Positions 1 through 8,235 of a DNA stretch of 14,546 bases are shown here, one piece after another. Location: the NCBI GenBank assembly GCA_038741355.1, contig JAVYLC010000024.1:8709-23254 (forward strand). Direction: 5' to 3'. The notes below the pieces were generated by a model. That model ran no database searches, had not been told where the DNA came from, and saw only the letters and a program-made list of their open reading frames with translations. Each line of letters opens with the position of its first letter. Within the stretch, counting starts at the first letter, position 1. Origin of the DNA: Nitrososphaerota archaeon. Lineage in GTDB: Archaea > Thermoproteota > Nitrososphaeria_A > Caldarchaeales > Calditenuaceae. The position numbers were made by a program, and so were the translations under genes.

Positions 1-8
1 AAGAAGAA

Positions 9-170
9 ATGAGGCTTCGGAGATGTTCCGCCTGCTGGCGCTACACGTTGCGAACCGATAGATGCCCAGTCTGTGGAGGAGATCTGATTAACCCGCATCC
101 ACCTGCCAGAATGTTGAGTGAGAGTGAGTTGAGAGCGGGTGGGGGTGTGGGGAGAGGGTTGAGGGGATGA
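9..170 (+). CDS. nop10: Nop10-like H/ACA RNP zinc-ribbon protein (53 aa, below the ORF-track cutoff)
   Basis: Hand translation gives MRLRRCSACWRYTLRTDRCPVCGGDLINPHPPARMLSESELRAGGGVGRGLRG*. The pattern CxxC-x-YTL-x4-CPxCG-x7-HPP matches the archaeal Nop10 zinc-ribbon signature. The stop TGA at 168-170 overlaps the next ATG (ATGA). The C-terminal tail diverges from the usual RFSPED-type tail. Confidence 0.6.
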   Translation: MRLRRCSACWRYTLRTDRCPVCGGDLINPHPPARMLSESELRAGGGVGRGLRG

Positions 171-709
171 GCTGGCTAGATGCCATCTTCAGGCTAGGTG
201 TGGCTCTGAAGGAGCTGAGGAGGGAGGGCTGGGTCAGGAGAGGTGTCAGGAAGTCTGAGTCTGTCGCCGACCACTCCTACAGCCTTGCACTACTCTCGAT
301 GCTCCTCGCTGCGGAGAGGGGGCTAGACCCGTTCAAGACAGCCGCGATAGCCATCATCCACGACCTCGCAGAGGCCGTGACAGGGGACATACCGCCAAGC
401 GAGAAGAAGTCAAACATGGTCTATGTGGATGCGGAGAGGGAAGCCATACGGAGTATAGCTGAGAAGGCTCCCGCGAAGGTCGGCGACCTGATTCTCCAGC
501 TCTACAACGAGTATTCATCGCAGTCAAGCGAGGAGGCGAGGCTCGTCAAACAGTTGGACAAGCTAGAGATGGCGCTTCAGGCCATGGCCTATGAGAGGGA
601 GGGGAGGGCCGCTAAAGGCTTGGCAGAGGAGTTCACCCAGTCAGCCCTACAAGAGATCAGCGACCCTAGCCTAAGGAACTTACTCAGTAGGGAGGCGAGG
701 CTATGTTAA
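167..709 (+). CDS. HD-domain phosphohydrolase (YfbR-like 5'-deoxynucleotidase family)
   Basis: 180-aa ORF with ESVADHSYSLALL ... IHDLAEAVTGDIP ... KQLDKLEMALQA. This is the H...HD...D arrangement typical of HD_3/YfbR-type hydrolases. It has a 4-bp overlap with the upstream small gene. Confidence 0.8.
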   Translation: MSWLDAIFRLGVALKELRREGWVRRGVRKSESVADHSYSLALLSMLLAAERGLDPFKTAAIAIIHDLAEAVTGDIPPSEKKSNMVYVDAEREAIRSIAEKAPAKVGDLILQLYNEYSSQSSEEARLVKQLDKLEMALQAMAYEREGRAAKGLAEEFTQSALQEISDPSLRNLLSREARLC

Positions 710-737
710 ATACAGCGGGGCCGACAGTCTTTAGGGA

Positions 738-2018
738 TTGCTAGACATAAAACAGATTCGGCAGAGGCCCGATTATTTCAAGGCCGGCCTAGCGAGGAGG
801 GGCATCGACCCCTCGATAGTGGATATTGTAATTGAGAGGGATGCGAGGAGAAGGGATCTGATAAAGCGCCTACAGGAGCTGAGGCACGAGAGGAACAGGA
901 TCGCGGTCGAGATAGGTAGGGTTAGGGGTGATGAGGCGAGGGTTGGGGAGTTGAGGGAGAGGAGTAGCTGGCTCAGTGTCGAGATTGAGAGGCTTGAGAG
1001 GGAGCTGGAGGAAGTGGAGAGGTTCCTAAGAGAGACACTCTTCAACCTGCCCAACATACCCCACGAGTCTGTTCCCAATGGAGTCTCTGAGGAGGATAAC
1101 GTGGTGGTTAGGAGTTGGGGGGAGCCGCGCATGGACGACTACTTGCGAGACCATGTAGACATCCTCAGCGTCTTAACTATGGCTGATCTGGAGCGTGCCG
1201 CAAAGGTGGCGGGGGCCAGATTCTACTACCTTCTCGACGATATCGTCCTCCTGAACCTAGCACTCATAAACTACGCCCTCGACTTCCTCGCCGCCAAGGG
1301 CTTCAGGATCATCCAACCTCCCTACATGATTAAGAGGGATATACTAGCCGGCGCAATATCGCTGAAGGACTTTGAGGACATGATATACAAGATTGAGGGG
1401 GAGGACCTATACCTCATAGGCACCGCTGAGCACGCCATAGCGGGCCTACACGCCGACGAAATACTCGACGGAAGGATTCTCCCCTTGAGATACGCTGGTG
1501 TGAGCCCGTGCTTCAGGAAGGAGGCGGGTGCCCACGGCAAGGATACTAAGGGCATATTCAGGGTTCACCAGTTTGAGAAGGTCGAGCAGTTCAGCTTCTG
1601 CAGGGAGGATCAGTCCTGGGATGAGCACGAGTTCTTGATCAGTAATGCTGAGGAGCTCTACAGGTCGCTCGGCCTGCCCCACAGGGTTGTTAACATCTGT
1701 GTTGGGGAGCTGGGGCCCATAGCGGCTAAGAAGTATGACTTGGAGGTTTGGATGCCTGCGCAGGGGAGATACCGCGAGGTTGTCTCCTGCAGCAACTGCA
1801 CGGACTACCAGGCTAGGAGGCTTAGGATCAGGTATAGGGAGGCGCCCCACGTCGAGGAGACCAAATATGTCCACACACTCAACAGCACGGCCATAGCCAC
1901 TGAGAGGACTATTGTTGCGATATTGGAGAATTATCAGAGGAGGGATGGCTCGGTTGAGATTCCTGAGGTTCTCCAGCCCTACATGAGGGGTAGGACTGTT
2001 CTAAAGCCGAAGGCCTAG
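738..2018 (+). CDS. serS: Seryl-tRNA synthetase
   Basis: 426 aa with a TTG start. The N-terminus MLDIKQIRQ precedes a coiled-coil arm. Class II motifs are present: FRKEAGAHGKDTKGIFRVHQFEKVEQF and TLNSTAIATERTIVAILENYQ. Confidence 0.95.
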   Translation: MLDIKQIRQRPDYFKAGLARRGIDPSIVDIVIERDARRRDLIKRLQELRHERNRIAVEIGRVRGDEARVGELRERSSWLSVEIERLERELEEVERFLRETLFNLPNIPHESVPNGVSEEDNVVVRSWGEPRMDDYLRDHVDILSVLTMADLERAAKVAGARFYYLLDDIVLLNLALINYALDFLAAKGFRIIQPPYMIKRDILAGAISLKDFEDMIYKIEGEDLYLIGTAEHAIAGLHADEILDGRILPLRYAGVSPCFRKEAGAHGKDTKGIFRVHQFEKVEQFSFCREDQSWDEHEFLISNAEELYRSLGLPHRVVNICVGELGPIAAKKYDLEVWMPAQGRYREVVSCSNCTDYQARRLRIRYREAPHVEETKYVHTLNSTAIATERTIVAILENYQRRDGSVEIPEVLQPYMRGRTVLKPKA

Positions 2019-2062
2019 CCGCGGGGAAAAATTAGTTAAGAAGGGTTCCAATGTTGAGCTGA

Positions 2063-3109
2063 ATGGCTAGGAAGCGGGTTGTTGTTATTAATGGTGATGG
2101 GACTGGTCCAGAGCTTGCCGAGGCTACGCTCCGTGTCATAGATGCCCTTCGCCCTGATATTGAGGTGGTGCGGTGTGAGGCGGGGTATGAGTGGTGGCTC
2201 TCAGCCGGGAAGCCCAACCTGCCCAACCTTATACCGCCTGAGACTTGGGAGGCTATTATGAACAGTGATGCGTGTCTCAAGGCCCCGACCACAACTCCTC
2301 CAGACCCCAACGCACCTGGAAGCGTGGCAGTAAACATTAGGAGGAGGATGGATCTCTACGCCAACCTGAGGCCAATTAAGACGTTCAAGGGGAGGGTTGG
2401 CCCGCTAGGGGAGGTGGACTTTCTCTGCGTCAGGGAGGCGACTGAGGGCCTCTACATAGGGGCTGAAGTCATGCTTGACCAAGATACGGCGGTAGCCATC
2501 AGGAAGATAACGAGGAGGGGCTCGGAGAGGATTGCGCGGGTCGCATTCAGAGAGGCTGTCAACCGCGGCTACAAAAAAGTCATCGCCATCACGAAGCGTA
2601 ACATACTGAGGATGACGGACTCGGTCTTCTGGAATAGCGTCGAGGCAGTATCTAAAGAATTCCCAACAGTCCAGCTCGAGGAATACTACATAGACAATAT
2701 GTCTCAGCAGCTGGTTAAGAATCCCCAGAGGTTTAACCAGACGGTCCTCCTAAGCACAAACCTCTTCATGGACGTCATCTCGGAGCTCTCCTCCTCACTG
2801 ATAGGGAACATAGGCCTCGTATACTCAGCGAACATCGGGGATAGGTACGCGATGTTTGAGCCCGCACATGGGAGCGCTCCCAAGTATAAGGGCCTCTACA
2901 AGGTCAACCCCACAGCAACAATCCTCTCAGCGGCCTGGATGCTGGACTACCTCGGCTACCATAGATACGCTAAGAGCATCTTCGCCGCGGCGGAGAAGGT
3001 GATAGAGGAGGGTAAGACCGTAACCTACGACCTTAACGGCAACGCAAGCACGCTGGAGATGGCCGACGCCATAGCGAGGGAGGCCGTGAAGATATTCGAC
3101 AGCCTCTAG
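2063..3109 (+). CDS. Isocitrate/isopropylmalate dehydrogenase family protein (LeuB / homoisocitrate dehydrogenase-like)
   Basis: 348 aa with family motifs INGDGTGPE, NIRRRMDLYANLRP and NLFMDVISELSSSLIGNIGLVYSANIG...FEPAHGSAPKYKG. Substrate cannot be assigned from sequence. There are no leuCD neighbours. Confidence 0.85.
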   Translation: MARKRVVVINGDGTGPELAEATLRVIDALRPDIEVVRCEAGYEWWLSAGKPNLPNLIPPETWEAIMNSDACLKAPTTTPPDPNAPGSVAVNIRRRMDLYANLRPIKTFKGRVGPLGEVDFLCVREATEGLYIGAEVMLDQDTAVAIRKITRRGSERIARVAFREAVNRGYKKVIAITKRNILRMTDSVFWNSVEAVSKEFPTVQLEEYYIDNMSQQLVKNPQRFNQTVLLSTNLFMDVISELSSSLIGNIGLVYSANIGDRYAMFEPAHGSAPKYKGLYKVNPTATILSAAWMLDYLGYHRYAKSIFAAAEKVIEEGKTVTYDLNGNASTLEMADAIAREAVKIFDSL

Positions 3110-3666
3110 GCCCTCGCACCTCTGGCTGAAAGCTTGGACAGGAGCTCCTGAAGGCTACCATCCCTCTCCAGCTGCGAGACCCAGTCAACCTCCTCACCAC
3201 TCCACTCCCCCCGCAGCGCCCGGTAAGCCAGATCCACAGTCTCCACAACTCCCCTCCCCGTAGTATCTATCTGGAAGACACGCCCCCCACCCATCTTTCG
3301 GAGCGCATCAACATACACGACGCCCAGCAGCTCAGCCTCAACATTCTCAAGAGCCTTCTCCTCCGGATATCCTCGAAGCCTCAGCTCCTCTAAGAGCTTC
3401 AGAGGGCTCCGCCTCAAAACAATAACAGCTCCTATGGGAATGCCGCGCGGTTTGAAGATAATGTGTGTGGCTATCACCGCGTCTCTGCCCGCCCTCCTAA
3501 TCCTAGCGCCCGCCCTCGCAGCCAGCTTTGCTGGGTGGATTTCAAGCTCGCCGGGGTCTGCCAGCTCTCTAAGCTCCAGCATAAGCGCTCCCATCCTCTC
3601 CGCCAGACCCGACGCCACAGTGGACTTGCCCACACCGGGCGTCCCGGCCACGAGGCAGGCCCTCAT
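3106..3666 (-). CDS. Fap7/AK6-like adenylate kinase / NTPase (ribosome biogenesis factor)
   Basis: P-loop GTPGVGKST at the N-terminus and VIVLRRSPLKLLEELRLRGYPEEKALENVEAELLG, the Fap7 LID/ENxEAE-like segment. The track starts at TTG 3669, but the adjacent ATG at 3666 is the more likely start. The stop overlaps the convergent dehydrogenase stop by 4 bp. Confidence 0.75.
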   Translation of the reverse strand: MRACLVAGTPGVGKSTVASGLAERMGALMLELRELADPGELEIHPAKLAARAGARIRRAGRDAVIATHIIFKPRGIPIGAVIVLRRSPLKLLEELRLRGYPEEKALENVEAELLGVVYVDALRKMGGGRVFQIDTTGRGVVETVDLAYRALRGEWSGEEVDWVSQLERDGSLQELLSKLSARGARA

Positions 3667-3704
3667 CAAGCCTTATCAAAACCCGCGCCGGGATTTATCT
3701 TGGC

Positions 3705-4205
3705 TTGCCGGCGAGACTTGTCGTCTCTTCGCTGAGAAGCCTTAGCCGTGAGAGGGGCATAGCGGCGGAGACGGCGGCCATCGTCTATGGGCTCATTACA
3801 GAGGAGCTGGAGCTTGAAAGAGACCCCGCCCTAAATCACGTCAACCCGCTCAGGAGGCAAGTAGAAGCCCTGAGACTGGTAGAAGCCCTCGCAAGAGAGT
3901 ACAGCGGAAACCACTACCACCTACACATCACCGGACTCGACATATACTTTGACAGGTTCAACTTCTGCTTCGGCCTCGCATCAAGCCGCTCCGCCGTCGT
4001 CTCAACCTACAGGCTAAAACACCCAAACACAGAGAAGTTCATCGAGAGGCTTAGGAAGGAGGTCGCCCACGAGGTCGGCCACATGCTCGGCCTAAAACAC
4101 TGCCCCAGCCCCCGATGCGTCATGTTCTTCAGCAACAGCATCCTCGACACAGACCTTAAAGGCGTAGAACCCTGCCCCAAATGCCGAGCCCTACTCACTA
4201 AATAG
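3705..4205 (+). CDS. amzA: Archaemetzincin (zinc metalloprotease)
   Basis: HEVGHMLGLKHCPSPRCVMFFSNSILDTDLKGVEPCPKCR matches the archaemetzincin signature HExxHxxGxxHC-x4-CxM-x17-CxxC. TTG start; the exact start is uncertain. Confidence 0.85.
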   Translation: MPARLVVSSLRSLSRERGIAAETAAIVYGLITEELELERDPALNHVNPLRRQVEALRLVEALAREYSGNHYHLHITGLDIYFDRFNFCFGLASSRSAVVSTYRLKHPNTEKFIERLRKEVAHEVGHMLGLKHCPSPRCVMFFSNSILDTDLKGVEPCPKCRALLTK

Positions 4206-4228
4206 CAATCCAGGCGCCAAAACACTGA

Positions 4229-4399
4229 AAGAGCGGGGATAGGTACCTGGAAAGCTCTGACCTCCTTCCCCGCCCTAAAGAGGCGAGGCTTTCAGGTTGT
4301 AAATGCGGTTATGAAAACGATAGAGACGTGGCCGCATGCTTAAACATGCTCAGGATGAGGGGGCCCCGTTGCCCCCGAAAGCCCTCAACGAACCCTTAG
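4229..4399 (+). pseudogene. Orphan C-terminal fragment of an IS200/IS605-type TnpB (OrfB) gene
   Basis: Hand translation gives KAGIGTWKSSDLLPRPKEARLSGCKCGYENDRDVAACLNMLRMRGPRCPRKPSTNP*. The segment CxCG-x3-DRDV-AA-x-N resembles the zinc-finger/RuvC-III end of TnpB. An in-frame stop lies at 4226-4228 and no N-terminal part is present. Confidence 0.5.
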
Positions 4400-4555
4400 T
4401 CTTAGAGGTGGGAGGGAAGGGATGAAAATCTATGAATCCCACAACGGTCGTTTTCATGGTCCGCTACCGATCTGGGCTAGGGTGCTTCTGGATCTTTCCG
4501 GCAAACGCCCTTTTGTCCTTGAGTGGTGTGATGTAGTAACGGCTGGTATGGCTGT

Positions 4556-4993
4556 TTATTGGGGGGTAGTTGTAGTGCTTGGCTGGCCCTGGCCCTCTGT
4601 CTTTTGTGTCTCGCCCCTCTGCTTCAGATACTCTTCTAGATATTCTCTGGTCAGGACTTTTGCCTCGAGTAGGTTGACTATGGAGTTTGGCGAGGCTACG
4701 CCTGTCAGCCTCCCTATGTTTCCCCTGATCTGCCTCCACTTGAGGTAGGTGTTCCCCGTCTTAGACCTGTATATCACGCCTAGTATATCTGCTGCCTTCA
4801 CAAACCTGATCTCCCTGATCTTGGCCAACTCGATCTTGCTGGCCGCCTCCACGTAGATCTCCCCTTTATCAGGATCCCTCTCCGGAAAGATTGTCGGGTC
4901 CTTCAGATACCCTTTCGGGATAAGGCTAAGGCAGGTGTTATAGATGATGAACATTCTGAAGCGCTCCAGCGCCGTCTTTACCTCTATCTCCAT
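4556..4993 (-). CDS. Hypothetical protein, 145 aa (possible HTH DNA-binding protein; function unknown)
   Basis: Clean ORF with protein-like composition until a low-complexity tail (GQGQPSTTTTPQ). The segment FVKAADILGV...TYLKW faintly resembles MerR/excisionase-type HTH. A TATA-like box sits about 20 nt upstream. GC is visibly lower than in the flanks. Confidence 0.5.
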   Translation of the reverse strand: MEIEVKTALERFRMFIIYNTCLSLIPKGYLKDPTIFPERDPDKGEIYVEAASKIELAKIREIRFVKAADILGVIYRSKTGNTYLKWRQIRGNIGRLTGVASPNSIVNLLEAKVLTREYLEEYLKQRGETQKTEGQGQPSTTTTPQ

Positions 4994-5010
4994 GGCAGCC
5001 CCTCTCCAGC

Positions 5011-5020
5011 CTATATAATT
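5011..5020 (-). promoter_or_regulatory. TATA-box-like element for the 145-aa gene
   Basis: The minus strand reads AATTATATAG about 20-27 nt upstream of the ATG at 4993. This is consistent with a short-leader archaeal promoter. Confidence 0.4.
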
Positions 5021-5182
5021 GGAGCCCGCAGCCCTTAAACGTTCAGCTTGTAGCCTTTTTTACACCACCCTAGGGAGGGTGATATCCCATGTATTACACT
5101 TTCACTTTACTGGGGATAGTCTTTATTGTGGCTGGCCTCTTCTGAGGGGTTGGAGAGGTTGGCTAGGGCTCGGTTGGGGCAG

Positions 5183-6898
5183 ATGGGGGTTGAGGCGAGG
5201 CCGACTCACATACGCGAAGTCATACTCGAGAACTTCATGTCTCACGAGTATTCCAGAATCAAGCTTGAGCCCGGGCTTAACGTTATCACAGGCCCCAACG
5301 GTTCGGGCAAGTCCTCCATCCTGCTCGGCCTCTCTGTGGCGCTAGGCCAGACCTATACGGAGAGGGGGCAAAGGCTGAGCGACCTTATAAGGAGGGGGAA
5401 GGAGGCCGCCAGGCTCACAGTAGTCCTAGACAATTCTCCGGTGGATGGTGAGAGGCCGGTCTCCTCCATCAAGTCGGACGAGATAACCGTCACCCGCTTC
5501 ATCAAGAAGAGCGGCGAGTACTGGCACTACGTGAACAACAGGTTCACGCCCAAGGCCGAGCTGGAGGAGCTCTTGAAGAGGCTTGGAATCAACCCCAACA
5601 ACGCCCTCATAATAATGCACCAGAACATGATAGAGAGCTTCGCCTCCAGAGATAACGTCGAGAAGCTCAGGGCAATGGAGGACGCAGTAGGCCTATCACA
5701 TCTCAGGGAGAGACTGCTCGAGGCCGAGAGCAGGCTAAACAGCCTCAGATCAGAGGAGGCATCTGTCAAGCGTCTCCTCTCAGAGGCAGAAGAGGCCGTA
5801 GAATATTGGCAGAAAGAGCTCCAGAAGTTCCAGCACCTAAAGGAGCTTGAGGAGAGGAGGAAGAGTCTCGAGCTAGAGTATGCGTGGAGCCTAGTCCACC
5901 AGGTTGGGAGAAGCCTCGAGAGAAGGAAGCTGGTCCTTGAGAGGATGTTGAAGGAGAAGGCGAGACTCGAGGAGGAGGCGGCAGCCTACGGGGCCGAGGC
6001 GACCTCCCTAAGGGAGAGGATTAGGGAGAGCCTTTACGCCTCCGGACGCCCAGAAGAGGTCTTAGAGACCATTGACCTTCTGGTGAAGGCCGCTGTTGAG
6101 GAGGGTGTGAGGCGGTATAGGATATCAAGCCTCGAGAGGGAGGTCTCTGAGACACAGTCGGAGATCAACAGCCTCTTGAGGGAGTTTGAGGAGAAGAGGG
6201 TGGCAGCCTCCGAGAAGGGGGAGGAGGTCGCGACTGAGAGGGAGCCCTCAGCGGTGCTTGAGGACTTGAAACTAACCACCCTCGAGATTGCCTCCCTAGG
6301 CAAGGTGATTCCCGACGCCGAGACCATGTATTTCTTGGCGGACTCGAGGTTCAGAGAGGTTGAGCTCAAGGCTAGACAAGTTGAGGAGAACGTGAAGAGG
6401 GCGATTGAGGAGGTTGAGAAGAGGAGACAGATCTGGAGGGACAAGCTTAAGGAAATTATCGACGATATTAACCCGGTTTATCAGGGGCTCTTGGAGGCGG
6501 TCGGCGGGAAGGGGTTGATCAGGATCAGGGGCCTCGATGACCCTGTCACCGCTAGCTTGGAGCTGATGGCCGGGTTCAGGGGGATGGAGCCTATGATAGT
6601 TGACGCCCACACGCACAGCGGTGGTGAGAGGGTGGTGGCAACCATCGCATTCCTCCTAGCCCTCCAGAGCTACGTCAGGTCACCCATAAGAGCCGTAGAC
6701 GAGTTCGACGTACACCTAGACCCCCTGAACAGGGAGATGGTTACTAAGATGCTCGTCGAGATCGCCCGCTCCTACCCCTCGACCCAATTCTTATTCATCA
6801 CGCCCGGGAGACTCCCAATAACAGACGGCTTCAACCTCATAATCGTCCAGAACGTGGCCGGCTCCTCCTTCGTGACGAGCTCGGTGGAGGGTGGATGA
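5183..6898 (+). CDS. Short (about 571 aa) hingeless SMC-family ATPase with an SMC5/6-like head
   Basis: Walker A is GPNGSGKSS. The Q-loop region is NPNNALIIMHQNMIESFAS. About 270 aa are heptad-rich E/R/L coiled coil with a short break near SLYASGRPEEVLETIDLL. The signature motif is HSGGERVVATIAFLLALQ, Walker B/D-loop is IRAVDEFDVHLDP, and the tail has QFLFITP. The ORF track begins at 5126, but the ATG at 5183 (MGVEARPTHIREVILENF) fits the usual SMC N-terminus. Confidence 0.85.
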   Translation: MGVEARPTHIREVILENFMSHEYSRIKLEPGLNVITGPNGSGKSSILLGLSVALGQTYTERGQRLSDLIRRGKEAARLTVVLDNSPVDGERPVSSIKSDEITVTRFIKKSGEYWHYVNNRFTPKAELEELLKRLGINPNNALIIMHQNMIESFASRDNVEKLRAMEDAVGLSHLRERLLEAESRLNSLRSEEASVKRLLSEAEEAVEYWQKELQKFQHLKELEERRKSLELEYAWSLVHQVGRSLERRKLVLERMLKEKARLEEEAAAYGAEATSLRERIRESLYASGRPEEVLETIDLLVKAAVEEGVRRYRISSLEREVSETQSEINSLLREFEEKRVAASEKGEEVATEREPSAVLEDLKLTTLEIASLGKVIPDAETMYFLADSRFREVELKARQVEENVKRAIEEVEKRRQIWRDKLKEIIDDINPVYQGLLEAVGGKGLIRIRGLDDPVTASLELMAGFRGMEPMIVDAHTHSGGERVVATIAFLLALQSYVRSPIRAVDEFDVHLDPLNREMVTKMLVEIARSYPSTQFLFITPGRLPITDGFNLIIVQNVAGSSFVTSSVEGG

Positions 6899-7620
6899 GC
6901 AAGGTAGTCAGGATCCCCAGGGAGGAACTCCTCCGAATGATCTCAATCCTTGGCGAGATCGAGTCGAGGAGGCTGGACCCCTTCAGCGTCGATGTCTCCT
7001 CACTGCTCTCGAGGCTCCGCGAGATAATTGAGAGGGAGAGGGATGTTGAGACGATCAGCCTCGACGCCGAGACACTCTACAGAGTCTCGGTGGTACTGGG
7101 GCTTCAGCAGAGGTGGATTAGGGAGAGGGCCTCCTCGCTCTTCATCGACGCAGGAATGATCTACTCCAAGATAGTCGGGTCAGATACCAAGTCTCTCGTT
7201 GCAGCCCTTCTCCAGGCCTGGAGACCGATAGTCAGACTTGAGCAGATCTCTACAGACCTGCTCCTGAGGGGGTATCAGCACTTCCTCTCAAGGCCAACTA
7301 GGGGCTCGGCTGGTCTAGAGTCTGTGCAGCTCGCTGTGGGGAGTCCTAGCGCCTACGAGGCTATTGAGAGCCAGATAAGCCGTGAGCTCGGGGAGATTTT
7401 AGCAGAGCTCTCATCCATCAGCGGCTGGGTTAGGTATTGGGACTTCGTCAACATGCGGGGGGACAGAAAGGATAGAGCCTACCTCCTGAGCTATCTCATC
7501 TCAAGGGGGGAGGTTGACGTGAGGGTCAACACTTTGAGCGGCGAGATCTGGATAAGAGCGGCAGAGAAAGTTTCAGACGAACCTAGAACTACCTCCCTCG
7601 CACTAACCATTGGCAGATGA
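6895..7620 (+). CDS. scpA: ScpA-like kleisin (segregation and condensation protein A family)
   Basis: ATGA overlap with the SMC-like stop. The N-terminal segment LLRMISILGEIESRRLDPFSVDVSSLLSRL and AETLYRVSVVLGLQQRWI parallel the ScpA N-terminal helices. The C-terminal RAYLLSYLISRGEVDVRVNTLSGEIWIRA parallels the ScpA winged-helix end. The match is by motif pattern only. Confidence 0.6.
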   Translation: MSKVVRIPREELLRMISILGEIESRRLDPFSVDVSSLLSRLREIIERERDVETISLDAETLYRVSVVLGLQQRWIRERASSLFIDAGMIYSKIVGSDTKSLVAALLQAWRPIVRLEQISTDLLLRGYQHFLSRPTRGSAGLESVQLAVGSPSAYEAIESQISRELGEILAELSSISGWVRYWDFVNMRGDRKDRAYLLSYLISRGEVDVRVNTLSGEIWIRAAEKVSDEPRTTSLALTIGR

Positions 7621-7626
7621 TGGAGA

Positions 7627-8235
7627 GTGAGCGGTGAGGAGCTGGGTAAGCTGGAGAAGAAGATGGCGCAGGCAGTAGCCCTGATTCTCGCATCGGGGCA
7701 TAGGCTTCCGGGTGTGCGGGGCTGGGAGCTGAGGAGGAGGCTGGGCAAAAACTTCCCAAAGATAATAAACTCTCTGGACTCGAGGCTGAAGCAGATAGGC
7801 TTGAGGGTCAAGATTGTTCCAGACCCCGAGGCGGGGCCAGAGGACTTGGATAGGGCCCGATTCTACATCGTCCTCTCAGACCCACTCATCCTCTCAGACG
7901 TGCAGACGCTCGGCTACAGCCTAGACGAACTCGCAATACTATCAGCAACACTCGCATACCTGCTCGCGAAGAATGGCAGCTCTCCCGAGAAAGAGCTCGT
8001 AGAGATGCTGGAGACAAAGTATCCGAAGTGGCGGGTCGAGGCCGCCCTAGAGAGGCTCGCTAGGAGAGGCTATCTCAACAGGACAGAGGAGGGCTTAGTG
8101 TCTATCGGGTGGAGGACTCTGGTAGAGGTGGATAAGCAGGAGCTACTCAAAGCATTCGCCTCCATCAGCACAGAAGGAACTGTGGAACAGGAGGCAGAGG
8201 AGACCGACGCAGAGGGAGAGACGAAGCCTAGCTGA
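7627..8235 (+). CDS. scpB: ScpB-like tandem winged-helix (kite-type) subunit with an acidic tail
   Basis: GTG start 7 nt after the scpA-like stop. Two WH-like modules are present: AVALILASGHRLPGVRGWELRRRLGKNF... and LAILSATLAYLLAKNGSSPEKELVEML...LERLARRGYLNRTEEG. The C-terminus is acidic (EQEAEETDAEGE). The pattern resembles ScpB. Confidence 0.5.
   Translation: MSGEELGKLEKKMAQAVALILASGHRLPGVRGWELRRRLGKNFPKIINSLDSRLKQIGLRVKIVPDPEAGPEDLDRARFYIVLSDPLILSDVQTLGYSLDELAILSATLAYLLAKNGSSPEKELVEMLETKYPKWRVEAALERLARRGYLNRTEEGLVSIGWRTLVEVDKQELLKAFASISTEGTVEQEAEETDAEGETKPS

Noticed and set aside
773-1874. Minus-strand ORFs (119, 77 and 142 aa) inside serS
   Set aside because: These are shadow ORFs antisense to a well-supported gene. 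Their translations are S/L/P-rich and low in complexity.
4943-4965. C/D-box sRNA-like ATGATGA followed by CTGA
   Set aside because: Only 5 nt separate the boxes, whereas a guide of about 12 nt is needed. There are no C'/D partners. It lies inside the 145-aa coding region on the opposite strand.
4234-5119. 8-mer ggggatag at 4234 and 5112 as a possible target-site duplication flanking the islet
   Set aside because: An 8-nt match within about 1 kb is expected by chance at appreciable frequency, and there is no supporting inverted-repeat structure.
4422-5345. Track ORFs 4422..4748 (+), 4464..4739 (-) and 5019..5345 (+)
   Set aside because: They overlap the better-supported 145-aa gene or the SMC-like gene start. 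Their translations are W/C/R/L-rich and not protein-like.
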